Shown in pieces: positions 1 through 8,610 of a stretch of 36,147 nt of DNA. The position numbers and the translations under genes are program-made. Position 1 is the first letter of the stretch. The number at the start of each line of letters is the position of its first letter. Source of the DNA: a virus (taxonomy: Duplodnaviria > Heunggongvirae > Uroviricota > Caudoviricetes); IMG/VR virus record IMGVR_UViG_2623620505_000004, positions 1 through 36,147 of that record. The stretch is one strand, 5' to 3'. Below the pieces are notes generated by a model. It was not told where the DNA came from. It ran no database searches and saw nothing but the letters and a program-made list of their open reading frames with translations.

Positions 1-61
1 GGTATCCGTTCTGCTGAAGTGTCATGGCGTTGATTTTACGGTGACTCTTCGACAGTGAAAA

Positions 62-83
62 GAAAAAAGGCCGCAGAGCGGCC
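62..83 (-). terminator. Putative intrinsic terminator (GGCCGC-AGA-GCGGCC hairpin)
   Basis: Perfect 6-bp GC stem at 69-74/78-83 preceded on the plus strand by an A-run (62-68), i.e. a U-tract 3' of the hairpin on the minus strand; lies downstream of minus-strand ORF 190-585. Confidence 0.45.
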
Positions 84-189
84 ATAAACACAAACAAAAA
101 TCAACAAGTTAGATAATTATCAAAGACTTACAGACACACAAAAACACAGCCAACCACAACAAATAACAGGGGTGTGGTCACTTTGTGGA

Positions 190-585
190 TCATTCGTTCC
201 CCTCTTTTTCCTTATTTCGTTGAACGCCAATTGCGACACACGTACTAAGCAAATCTTTACATTTCTCTACGTCTTCAGACTTACGCAATTTGATACTTTT
301 TACAGACTGCGGGCTACTGTCCGTAGCACGATACATCGTTATTTCAATATCATTTCGGTTTAAGAGTCCCATAATGGCTTTTGCAACCTCCACACCCTTC
401 TTCGCGAAATCAAAGAACAGAGCAAGTTTATATGGATTTTCGACGGAAAAAACTTCAATTTTGCTAAAACCAACATCGTGTAGAGAAAAATATTGCTCAA
501 CCTCATCTCGAAGTTCTGGATCGCATACAATATCTATTCTCCAGTACTGACCTAAATGCAAATCGCTATTAACTGTTTTTTCCAC
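190..585 (-). CDS. Hypothetical protein, AT-rich cargo ORF between integrase and left end
   Basis: ORF track 190-606 has a TTG first codon; a GTG at 585-583 sits 5 nt after a perfect AAGGAGG. No ATG near the 5' end. No recognisable motif. AT-rich codon usage unlike the phage backbone. Confidence 0.5.
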   Translation of the reverse strand: MEKTVNSDLHLGQYWRIDIVCDPELRDEVEQYFSLHDVGFSKIEVFSVENPYKLALFFDFAKKGVEVAKAIMGLLNRNDIEITMYRATDSSPQSVKSIKLRKSEDVEKCKDLLSTCVAIGVQRNKEKEGNE

Positions 586-595
586 AACATCCTCC

Positions 596-1570
596 TTACC
601 CAGCAATAGGATTAAATCTCACCGCATCCTGCAAGTAATCCGGCGCAAGATGGGCATAAATCATCGTTGTCTGAATCTTTGCGTGCCCCAGAATTTTCTG
701 GAGCGTCAGAATATTGCCGCCGTTCATCATGAAATGACTGGCGAAGGTGTGGCGCAGCGCATGAACAGCCTGGCCGTCAGGAACATCAGGTGCGACCGTT
801 TTGATGACATCGCGAACCAATGGATAATCCAGCGTCGGAAACACCAGTTTCCCGCCCCGTTTTTTGATCTTTTCAAACAGGCTTTCAGAAATAGGAACGG
901 TACGGTTTTTGCTGTTCTTCGTTTTTGAAAAAGTGATTCGACAATGAAGAACACGGCGCTGCTCCAGTGCCGCTACCTCGCCCCATCGCGCCCCGGTCGA
1001 CAGAAGGATTTCGACGGCCAGCCGTTCATCGGGATTTTCAGCCAGTGCATCCAGCAACTGAACACATTCAGACTTACTCAGATATCCCATTTCACGCTCG
1101 TTAACCTTCATTCCTTTAAGGCCTTGAACGGGGTTATCGTTAAGAAAATGGCCGGATGAGATGAGTGCGGTAAACATCGCGCTTAACGCCCCAATCTCTC
1201 GATTTATGGTGCTGGGCTGTATCCCCTGCTCTATCCTGGACACACGTAGCTCGGTGAGCATCGTTGTATTAAGTTTATGCACGCACGGGTCATCCATTGC
1301 CTCACTCAAGCGCAGCAATTTAAGGCGCGTGTTATGCCCTGACTTCATTAGCTGGCCGTGGTATTTCCACCACAAGTCAATAAGCACTGACAGCGGACGG
1401 CGATCAATGGAGTTTCCTTTCCACTCATTGTTATGCTGTTGCGCCAGCACCCACCGCTCATATAAAACTGCATCCGATTTCGTTTTAAATTTTTTGCGAA
1501 TGCGTTTGCCTTTACGCCCCTCAGGACGCATGTCAAGAAGATACCCTCCCGGAATTGATTTTATGCTCAT
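596..1570 (-). CDS. int: Tyrosine integrase (P2 Int-like)
   Basis: Translation from ATG 1570-1568 begins MSIKSIPGGYLLDMRPEGRKGKRIRKKF and ends with the catalytic region HALRHTFASHF...ILGHAKIQTTMIYAHL (R-H-R-Y tyrosine recombinase box). The upstream part of the ORF-track frame (596-1720) is not used. Confidence 0.92.
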   Translation of the reverse strand: MSIKSIPGGYLLDMRPEGRKGKRIRKKFKTKSDAVLYERWVLAQQHNNEWKGNSIDRRPLSVLIDLWWKYHGQLMKSGHNTRLKLLRLSEAMDDPCVHKLNTTMLTELRVSRIEQGIQPSTINREIGALSAMFTALISSGHFLNDNPVQGLKGMKVNEREMGYLSKSECVQLLDALAENPDERLAVEILLSTGARWGEVAALEQRRVLHCRITFSKTKNSKNRTVPISESLFEKIKKRGGKLVFPTLDYPLVRDVIKTVAPDVPDGQAVHALRHTFASHFMMNGGNILTLQKILGHAKIQTTMIYAHLAPDYLQDAVRFNPIAG

Positions 1571-1619
1571 TCGTGAAGCCCCAGCGTTACAAGACCACCA
1601 TGCCCCCAGCGTTCCATGA

Positions 1620-1931
1620 TTAGCCGGGCTGTGTGCCAGTCTTGCGGGATTTTTGAGAAGACGATGTGTTTTCTGGCCCATCAGGGGAGAGAGAAGGACT
1701 GATCTGCCCAGCAGCCTCATTTGTTTCGTTACTCATCAACCACGTAGTGTATTTTTTAAATTCCGGGTGCATTGTGATTTTCAGTAAAACCTCCGTTCCC
1801 ACACCTCGAATACCAGTCTCGTATTGCTTAACCGTACCAACCGCAATACCTATTGAATCCGCGAACTTTGCCTGACTAAGCCCCTCAGATTCTCGAATTG
1901 CTTTTAGCTTCTTTGATATCTCTATTGACAT
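1620..1931 (-). CDS. C: Immunity repressor C (P2 C-like, HTH)
   Basis: ATG at 1931-1929 gives MSIEISKKLKAIRESEGLSQAKFADSIGIAVGTVKQYETG (HTH), then ...EFKKYTTWLMSN...GQISP, resembling the P2 C C-terminus as remembered. Located immediately upstream of int, divergent from cox. Confidence 0.8.
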   Translation of the reverse strand: MSIEISKKLKAIRESEGLSQAKFADSIGIAVGTVKQYETGIRGVGTEVLLKITMHPEFKKYTTWLMSNETNEAAGQISPSLSPDGPENTSSSQKSRKTGTQPG

Positions 1932-1954
1932 GGTGTGCACCTGAATACTATATT
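1925..1954 (+). promoter_or_regulatory. Candidate early promoter Pe (TTGACA-N18-TATATT) in the C/cox switch region
   Basis: TTGACA at 1925-1930 and TATATT at 1949-1954, reading toward cox. A direct repeat GGTTATCA occurs at 1955-1962 and 2015-2022 (60 bp apart), candidate C operator half-sites. Confidence 0.4.
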
Positions 1955-2026
1955 GGTTATCAGTTGAGTACCACTTGACGCTACAAAGAGCCACAAATAG
2001 CACCAGATTGAATAGGTTATCACACC

Positions 2027-2305
2027 ATGGCAAAAGTCCTTAACACATACGAACAAGCGGATTTTGAGCGTTTGGCGGCGTTCTACCCATACCGTAATGA
2101 ACATGGGCTACCGGTACTTGAAGAAAGCCTAGAGGATTATGCGAAACGCACAAATCAAAGCATTCTCGCTGTAAGAAGGCAGGCTGATAGATCGGTAATT
2201 CCCGTTACTCAAGAAGGAAGAAACACAAAACGCAAAGTAAATCTCTTCGCAATTTTCCTGAAAACCATCAGAAACGCAGAGAAATACGTGCAGATGACAA
2301 AATAA
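2027..2305 (+). CDS. cox: Cox-like excisionase / switch regulator
   Basis: 92-aa ORF first on the rightward early transcript, divergent from C. Segment ILAVRRQADRSVIPV resembles the P2 Cox HTH region as remembered; rest diverged. Confidence 0.65.
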   Translation: MAKVLNTYEQADFERLAAFYPYRNEHGLPVLEESLEDYAKRTNQSILAVRRQADRSVIPVTQEGRNTKRKVNLFAIFLKTIRNAEKYVQMTK

Positions 2306-2319
2306 CGAGGTGTCATTTT

Positions 2320-2658
2320 ATGCTGAAGCAACGCCGTAATTTTTGTACCGGAACAGAACGCCACGCTAACCGTTTCACTACCAGTGCATCACGCAGCAAC
2401 ATCCGCTACAGCCTGAGTGATACACACGCAACGCCGGATGGCTACCCAGTAAAACAAATCGGCGAGCACGCCTGGCTGATTGAGAAAGCTGGAATCGTGA
2501 TCCACAAATGCCCACGCAATCCGTTTACCGGAAACCGCATTTTTGCACTGAGCTGTGGCGACAATCAGTTCGGGCAGGATTTCACATTATACGAAGCACT
2601 TCGCACGGTTGATCGTCTGCTTCGCGGGCAAAGTTTTATTAAACAGGCTGATTTATAA
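2320..2658 (+). CDS. Hypothetical early protein
   Basis: ATG at 2320 with upstream ACGAGG; 112 aa; in the cox-A early operon. No motif recognised. Confidence 0.55.
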   Translation: MLKQRRNFCTGTERHANRFTTSASRSNIRYSLSDTHATPDGYPVKQIGEHAWLIEKAGIVIHKCPRNPFTGNRIFALSCGDNQFGQDFTLYEALRTVDRLLRGQSFIKQADL

Positions 2659-2668
2659 CAGGTGCTTT

Positions 2669-2956
2669 ATGACCAAAGACCATGCACAAGGTGTATTTAT
2701 CCGTTTTATTGATTTTCGCGGTGAACTGTTATTACGTGCATCCGCTATTGACGGAGTGACTCCGGCGGGTAAAAACGGAGCCGACGAAGCCACTTACGTT
2801 TATCTGAACGGCACGCGACTGCTTGTGGAACTTCCGTACCAGACCGTACGAGAAATCATCAGCGAAGCTGAAAAGGCACGCCAGGTTAATGGCGATGAAC
2901 CCTATATCGAAATTATTTGTATGGATTCAGAGGCTGAAATACAGAAAGCAGATTAA
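2669..2956 (+). CDS. Hypothetical early protein
   Basis: ATG at 2669 (MTKDHAQGVF...); 95 aa. The ORF-track frame starts further upstream (2555) and overlaps the preceding gene. Confidence 0.55.
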   Translation: MTKDHAQGVFIRFIDFRGELLLRASAIDGVTPAGKNGADEATYVYLNGTRLLVELPYQTVREIISEAEKARQVNGDEPYIEIICMDSEAEIQKAD

Positions 2957-2967
2957 AGGGCGTTGTG

Positions 2968-3210
2968 ATGGGCAAAGAATATAAAACTCTCATTAACAAA
3001 GCACTTGAGCGTTTTTATTTTCGCTTAAGTGCATCAGGCGCTCATGCTGAACGTGCGGCCCGTGACTCATTGACCAGAGCAATCCGAAGTCTGTATGACG
3101 TGGCTTTTTACGCTGATGATCTGGATGCACTTAACGAACTTTCCGAGCTGATCTGTGCCGCAGAATGCGGGGAACATATTGAACCGTATAAGCTGGGAAA
3201 TATCGCATGA
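2968..3210 (+). CDS. Hypothetical early protein
   Basis: ATG at 2968 preceded by AAAGGG; the ORF-track start at 2965 is GTG. 80 aa. Confidence 0.55.
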   Translation: MGKEYKTLINKALERFYFRLSASGAHAERAARDSLTRAIRSLYDVAFYADDLDALNELSELICAAECGEHIEPYKLGNIA

Positions 3211-3320
3211 GTATATTTATTTCATGGCTTGTTCTGATTATTTCGGTGGTCTGCGCCATTGGGATTATGCGAATTATTAATTCAGTAAAAAAGATTGAAC
3301 GCTTTTTCACTGAAGAATAA
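3207..3320 (+). CDS. Small hydrophobic peptide (37 aa, single predicted TM helix)
   Basis: ATG at 3207 overlaps the upstream TGA (ATGA coupling). Translation MSIFISWLVLIISVVCAIGIMRIINSVKKIERFFTEE. Below the 60-aa cutoff of the ORF track. Confidence 0.4.
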   Translation: MSIFISWLVLIISVVCAIGIMRIINSVKKIERFFTEE

Positions 3321-3406
3321 CCGCGCAAATAAGACCCCAGGTTAAATAAGAAAATGTGAAAACAATCCGCATTCGCGGAGGTATTCGCACACGCCAAGGA
3401 GGCGTA

Positions 3407-3610
3407 ATGGCAATTAAGCATTTTCCTGTCGTTCGTTTCACCTCCAGAGGACGTGAATACGAAGTTGACGAACGCCTGATTACCACAATCGACAAACACC
3501 GTTCAGAAAAGGATGCACATCACATCTATCTCACTGACGGCACTTACTTCTGCGCCACCAACGTGGTGCAGGTGAATCTTATCAGACAGGTACAGGAGTC
3601 ACGCAGATGA
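3407..3610 (+). CDS. Hypothetical early protein
   Basis: ATG at 3407 preceded by perfect AAGGAGG (MAIKHFPVVRF...); the ORF-track start at 3356 is GTG. 67 aa. Confidence 0.5.
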   Translation: MAIKHFPVVRFTSRGREYEVDERLITTIDKHRSEKDAHHIYLTDGTYFCATNVVQVNLIRQVQESRR

Positions 3611-3852
3611 CCATTCTGGACTACATCGCTGCCAATCCGGGTTGTAGCAGTGGAGAAATCGCCGCAGCACTGAATACACCAACCACAACCATTAATGCGG
3701 AGCTACGCCGTCTCTGGCGCAGCGATTTAGTCACAAGAAAAGAGCGCAAAACAGGCGGTCGCTTTTCTTATCAGGTAAACCTGATGCCGTTTGGGTGTAG
3801 CAACCCACTAACCCAGATGTTCAACCAGCTACTGAGGGAAATCAGAGCATGA
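3607..3852 (+). CDS. Putative winged-helix DNA-binding protein
   Basis: ATG at 3607 with CAGGAG upstream; 81 aa; segment SSGEIAAALNTPTTTINAELRRLWRSDLV looks like a MarR/winged-helix recognition region. Family not assignable by eye. Confidence 0.5.
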   Translation: MTILDYIAANPGCSSGEIAAALNTPTTTINAELRRLWRSDLVTRKERKTGGRFSYQVNLMPFGCSNPLTQMFNQLLREIRA

Positions 3853-3993
3853 GCACCTCCAACTGCCGGAAACCACGTCGGGCTTCAGCAGCTCATCCGG
3901 CAGCAAAACAAACTCCATTAATTCCTGTCCCGGGCCTTTCCTGCACCTTGCGGCGGGAGGCCTTCGCACATCTGTAACAAGAGGATTGCCGCA

Positions 3994-4359
3994 ATGATTC
4001 TCGCCAACGACTTTCTTGAATACCTGCTCAACACAGAGCGTGATCTTGCCGCTCGCGTGCGTGATCGTTATGACATGTACCTGAAATCCCTGCCTGTACC
4101 GCAGCTCGCTGACGGAAAGATTGTTATTGATGGTCGCTACATGATTGACAGCCACGAGGGAAATTACAGGCTTTACCGCATTGAAGGTGGCACCCCGTCC
4201 GTTATTGGCATTTACCAGCGCCCATCCTCTGCAATCGTCGATGTGATTGCCGACAGCATCCGCATCACACATCGCCATGCCGACACAGAAGACACCGTGC
4301 TGGAAATTCAGCGGCTGGCTACAGTCTGCCGCGACACCCTGAATGGCATGACGAAGTAA
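3994..4359 (+). CDS. Hypothetical early protein
   Basis: ATG at 3994 with GAGGA upstream; 121 aa; directly precedes gpA. Confidence 0.55.
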   Translation: MILANDFLEYLLNTERDLAARVRDRYDMYLKSLPVPQLADGKIVIDGRYMIDSHEGNYRLYRIEGGTPSVIGIYQRPSSAIVDVIADSIRITHRHADTEDTVLEIQRLATVCRDTLNGMTK

Positions 4360-4365
4360 ATCACT

Positions 4366-7188
4366 ATGACGGCAGAGTACATCAGGGACTGGCAACAACC
4401 GCGCCACGCAGTGGGGCGTGAAGGAACGGGGATCCCCGCTCCTGAATCCGCGCTTTCCTCCTGGCTGGATGCCTACCGGGTAGAGAACGAGCGCCGCCAG
4501 GAAATGGCTGATGCGGCCTTCTCCGCCACGCCACTGGGCAACCTGATTAATAAAAGCCTGGACGCACAGGAAAAACAGGACAAAACCATCACACTGGCAG
4601 GAGACGCCAGAAAACAGGCACGCGGCGCGGTGGATGAAGCCATGGCCTCGCTGCGCCTGCTGCCGTCCTATCTGCGCGATCCGCTTATTCGCCACCTCTC
4701 CTTCCTGCGCAAAAAACAGGAAGCCGATCGCCGGAAAGGCAAAAAGAGCTGGCAGGCGGAACGCTATGCACGCGGAACCCTGCGCAAAATATTCGAACGT
4801 CTGGATCGCACTGACGGACACTGGCTGACACCGGGTTATCGCTCCCTTGCCGGACGCGAACGCCTGGACGATTTGCTTTACCTGCCGCAGCTCAACAAAC
4901 ACCAGATACAGACGCTGGCCACCATGACGGCGGCGATGTTCAGCAGCACCTTCGAAAAACTCTGCGATGGCTTTGGCGCGACCGATGGCGAACTGACCAT
5001 GGATGTAACGCTGAAGGCGTATCAGATGCTGGCCCGCATGGCGTTACACCTGCACATCATGCCTCCACATTATGACGCACTGACAACAGATAAAGACCGG
5101 AGGAACGAACCGGACACGGAGCTGCTGCCGGGCGCAATCCTTCGCCTGACCTGTGCGGAATGGTGGAAACGCAAACTGTGGCTGTTACGTTGCGAGTGGA
5201 GAGAAGAACAACTCCGCGCCGCCTGTCTGGTTTCCAGAAAAACATCACCCTATCTGAGCCAGGACGCGTTAAGCGAGTTTCGCGCACAGCGCGAGAAAAC
5301 ACGCGATTTCCTGAAAAGTTTCATGCTGGAAAACGAAGACGGGTTCACGATTGATCTCGAGACAGTGTATTACGCGGGAGTAAGTAACCCGGTTCACCGT
5401 AAGGCAGAAATGATGGCCACCATGAAGGGGCTGGAACTTCTGGCCGAAGCCCGTGGCGACAAAGCGGTGTTTCTGACTGTCACCTGCCCGTCAAAATACC
5501 ACGCCACAACAGAGAACGGTCATCCGAATCCCAAATGGAACGGGGCCACCATGCGCGACTCCAGCGATTACCTGGTTAACACGTTTTTTGCAGCGGTCCG
5601 CAAGAAACTGAACCGCGACGGCCTGCGCTGGTATGGCATCCGCACGGTGGAGCCTCACCATGACGGCACCGTGCACTGGCATATGATGGTCTTTGCTCAT
5701 CCGGAAGAAATCGACACCATTGTGTCCCACACCCGCGATATTGCCATTCAGGAAGATCGTCACGAGCTGGGTGATGATATTACCCCACGCTTTAAGGCGG
5801 AGTACGTCGACGGCTCAAAAGGCACGCCAACCAGCTACATCGCCACCTACATCGGAAAGAACCTGGACAGCCGCGCCGTGGATGGCATCGACCCGAAAAC
5901 GGGCAAGCCACGCGTTGACCACGAAACAGGTAAATCAATGGCCGAGAGCGTGGAGCGCGCCATCGGCTGGGCGCGCCTTCACCGGGTCCGCCAGTTCCAG
6001 TTCTTTGGCATCCCCTCCCGTCAGGTGTGGCGTGAACTCCGCCGCCTTGCCAGCCAGATGGCACGCAACCCGGAAGGCCCGCAACGGCTGAAGGATGACG
6101 CAATGGATGCGGTACTCGCTGCCGCTGATGCCGGATGTTTTGCCACCTACATTGAAAAACAGGGTGGCGTACTTGTTCCGCGCAAGGACTACCTGATTCG
6201 CACAGCCTACGACCTCGCAGATGAGCTGAACGATTACGGCGAACAGAGTGTACAGATTTACGGGATCTGGTCGCCATTCATCGGGGAATCCTCCCGTGTG
6301 TGCACGCATCCGGATAACTGGAAGCTGGTAAGACGTAAACCGGAAGCGGAAGACAGCGCCCGCGAAAATGGTTTTGACCTTCAGGGCGGCCCTGCCGCCC
6401 CTTGGACTCGTGGCAATAACTGTCCCCGTGTACAGGAAACGGACAACAACGGGACAGAACAGCCGGAAGAACGGCCAGCACCGTGGCCGCAGCTCCCTGA
6501 CGGCGTTGAAGTGAACGAATGGATGCGCTCACTGAAACGGCACGAACGCCGGGCGCTGATGCGTTCGCTGCGTGACAAACAGGCAAAAAACAGCAGTGAT
6601 GAAATGCAGAGCTGGACACAGAGCCGCAAACAGCAGCGGCCTTTGCCTGATAACCACGAATTACTCGCTAAAGAATGGCGGGAGTCTGCTGAATCTCTCG
6701 GCCTGCATATCGGTGAACAACAGATGCAGCACCTGTTACGGGGCGGCAGTCTGTACGTTGACGGCAGCATCATTGCACCGCAGGGATTTGAAATTGTACG
6801 CAAACCGGATACCCGCCCGGACAGCCGAATCACGCAGCTCTGGCAACGCCTGAGCCGTAATCACGGCGTAAGCAGCACGGAGATCCGCCATAACCCGGTC
6901 GCCAGTTATCTGGAACAGCTGGGGGCATCAGACAATGAAGCCGCAGCACGCCTGGCATCCACACTTCAGCAGGACCAGAACACCATGAACCCCCCCGTTA
7001 CCGTGCTTTCTGACATGCTGCGCGCCATCCGTGACGCAGAGCACGCACAAAGAATCAATGAAACCACTGAACGCGTCCGCCGCAAAGCAGACCTGCTGCG
7101 GGGTGGACTAACCAGTGAAAACAAAAAACAGACAAAAACGGGATTCACAAATCCCGTAAATGAGCAAAAAACGCGCCGCGATATATGA
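4366..7188 (+). CDS. A: Replication initiation protein gpA (rolling-circle HUH endonuclease), with long C-terminal extension
   Basis: Motifs TVEPHHDGTVHWHMMVF (HUH metal site) and SYIATYIGKNLD (active-site tyrosines) match the P2 A signature. 940 aa against about 760 for P2 A as remembered; the extra C-terminal region is polar and low-complexity. Confidence 0.9.
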   Translation: MTAEYIRDWQQPRHAVGREGTGIPAPESALSSWLDAYRVENERRQEMADAAFSATPLGNLINKSLDAQEKQDKTITLAGDARKQARGAVDEAMASLRLLPSYLRDPLIRHLSFLRKKQEADRRKGKKSWQAERYARGTLRKIFERLDRTDGHWLTPGYRSLAGRERLDDLLYLPQLNKHQIQTLATMTAAMFSSTFEKLCDGFGATDGELTMDVTLKAYQMLARMALHLHIMPPHYDALTTDKDRRNEPDTELLPGAILRLTCAEWWKRKLWLLRCEWREEQLRAACLVSRKTSPYLSQDALSEFRAQREKTRDFLKSFMLENEDGFTIDLETVYYAGVSNPVHRKAEMMATMKGLELLAEARGDKAVFLTVTCPSKYHATTENGHPNPKWNGATMRDSSDYLVNTFFAAVRKKLNRDGLRWYGIRTVEPHHDGTVHWHMMVFAHPEEIDTIVSHTRDIAIQEDRHELGDDITPRFKAEYVDGSKGTPTSYIATYIGKNLDSRAVDGIDPKTGKPRVDHETGKSMAESVERAIGWARLHRVRQFQFFGIPSRQVWRELRRLASQMARNPEGPQRLKDDAMDAVLAAADAGCFATYIEKQGGVLVPRKDYLIRTAYDLADELNDYGEQSVQIYGIWSPFIGESSRVCTHPDNWKLVRRKPEAEDSARENGFDLQGGPAAPWTRGNNCPRVQETDNNGTEQPEERPAPWPQLPDGVEVNEWMRSLKRHERRALMRSLRDKQAKNSSDEMQSWTQSRKQQRPLPDNHELLAKEWRESAESLGLHIGEQQMQHLLRGGSLYVDGSIIAPQGFEIVRKPDTRPDSRITQLWQRLSRNHGVSSTEIRHNPVASYLEQLGASDNEAAARLASTLQQDQNTMNPPVTVLSDMLRAIRDAEHAQRINETTERVRRKADLLRGGLTSENKKQTKTGFTNPVNEQKTRRDI

Positions 7189-7233
7189 AGCGCGCACAAA
7201 ACAGGCAAAAGAGGGATTTAAAAATCCCGTAAA
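7139..7233 (+). repeat. Two direct copies of a palindromic 21-bp motif upstream of parM (candidate parC / ParR operator)
   Basis: CGGGATTCACAAATCCCGTAAA at 7139-7160 and GGGATTTAAAAATCCCGTAAA at 7213-7233, each an inverted repeat (GGGATTT...AAATCCC). The first lies in the last codons of gpA, the second just upstream of the parM start. Confidence 0.45.
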
Positions 7234-7264
7234 CGATTAATTAATCAACATAAGGAAAATCGAC

Positions 7265-8224
7265 ATGAAAATTTGTATCGACGACGGCTCCACCAACATC
7301 AAGCTGGCATGGACTGAGAACGGCGAACGCCGCAACGCCATCAGCCCGAACAGCTTCAAGTCGGAATGGTCTGCGCCGTTCGGTGGCTCGCAGCCTGCGA
7401 ACTACATGCTTGATGGCGTGCGCTATGGTTTTGATCCGGTCAGCGATCGCTTTGTCCAGACGACCGACACGCAATACCAGTACAGCGATGTGAATGTAAT
7501 CGCCATTCACCACGCGCTGGTCAAATCAGGCATCACACCACAGGAGGTGGATGTGGTTGTCACCCTGCCACTGAGCGAGTATTTCGACACAAACGCACAG
7601 CCGGACATGGCCAACATCAACCGCAAAAAAGCGAACGTTATGCGCCCGGTGGAGTACCAGAACGGCGAAGCATTCACTATCCGTAACGTGCGGGTTATGC
7701 CTGAATCCATTCCGGCTGGCTTTAAGGCACTGGCTGACATGAGTCCGTTTGAATCCCTGCTGATTGTGGATTTGGGCGGAACCACGCTGGATGTGGCAAA
7801 GGTTCAGGGGCAACTGGCAGGTATCAGCCAGGTGTTTTGCGATCCACACGTAGGCGTTTCTCTGATGGCCGATGCCGTACTGTCGGTGATGGCCACTAAC
7901 GGTATGCGCACCAGTCACCACATCGCCAATACCATTATCGAACATCGCCATGATGAAGCCTGGCTGCGCCAGCACATCCACAATGACGCGCATTACGACA
8001 GCCTGATGGCGGTTATTCGTGAAAAGGAAGAAACGCTGAAACAACGAGTGATCCGCGCGCTGGCGGGTTTTTCGGGTTACGGGCGGGTGATGGTTGTCGG
8101 TGGAGGGGCGGAGATTGTGGCACCCGCTATCCGCGAAGCCTGCGGAGTTAATGCGACTTTCATCGCGGACGGGGTGCCACAGTTTGCTCTGGTCAATGGT
8201 TTGTACGCAATGGACAAGGAGTAA
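7265..8224 (+). CDS. parM: ParM/StbA-like actin-type segregation ATPase
   Basis: N-terminus MKICIDDGSTNIKLAW and internal LLIVDLGGTTLDV, VMVVGGGAE align with plasmid R1 ParM (MLVFIDDGSTNIKLQW..., IIDLGGTTLDI, VIGGGAE) as remembered, along most of the length. Confidence 0.85.
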   Translation: MKICIDDGSTNIKLAWTENGERRNAISPNSFKSEWSAPFGGSQPANYMLDGVRYGFDPVSDRFVQTTDTQYQYSDVNVIAIHHALVKSGITPQEVDVVVTLPLSEYFDTNAQPDMANINRKKANVMRPVEYQNGEAFTIRNVRVMPESIPAGFKALADMSPFESLLIVDLGGTTLDVAKVQGQLAGISQVFCDPHVGVSLMADAVLSVMATNGMRTSHHIANTIIEHRHDEAWLRQHIHNDAHYDSLMAVIREKEETLKQRVIRALAGFSGYGRVMVVGGGAEIVAPAIREACGVNATFIADGVPQFALVNGLYAMDKE

Positions 8225-8228
8225 ACCA

Positions 8229-8540
8229 ATGACGACACCAACCAGACGGATAAGTCTCTATCTGAAGCCCGCCGCCGTCAAGAACGAAGGCGAAGCATGC
8301 GCCTGGCTGGACAGCCTTACACCAGAAGCCCGCAAAAGCGGCCAACGCGTGGCTTTTCTGGCCGGGCTGGCACTTCTGAAAATGAATCCGGCAGAGGCTT
8401 ACCGACTGGCTGCATGGGCTGACGATGAGGCGTTATCAGTGACACAAACCAGGGCAGAACGCCACATGTTACAGACAGCCCCCACCGCACAGATAACCAG
8501 TCAGATGGCCGGAAATATCCGGGCGTTATTTCCCGATTAG
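8229..8540 (+). CDS. parR: ParR/StbB-like centromere-binding adaptor (putative)
   Basis: ATG at 8229 after AAGGAG; 103 aa immediately downstream of parM. Segment LDSLTPEARKSGQRVAFLAGLAL resembles R1 ParR (LDSIPQGERSRLNRAALTAGLAL) as remembered. Confidence 0.6.
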   Translation: MTTPTRRISLYLKPAAVKNEGEACAWLDSLTPEARKSGQRVAFLAGLALLKMNPAEAYRLAAWADDEALSVTQTRAERHMLQTAPTAQITSQMAGNIRALFPD

Positions 8541-8610
8541 AACTTTGCACGGGAGGTTTCCAGTTCTGAAAACAATCAACAAATAAGGAGTCGAACGTCA
8601 AAGATATAAG

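Noticed and set aside
3829-4902. 357-aa minus-strand ORF spanning the early region and the start of gpA
   Set aside because: Antisense to well-supported plus-strand genes (3994-4359 and gpA), no RBS, composition typical of a spurious ORF in GC-rich DNA.
5792-6833. Several 110-160-aa minus-strand ORFs inside gpA
   Set aside because: All antisense to the gpA frame, Arg/Cys/Pro-rich low-complexity translations.
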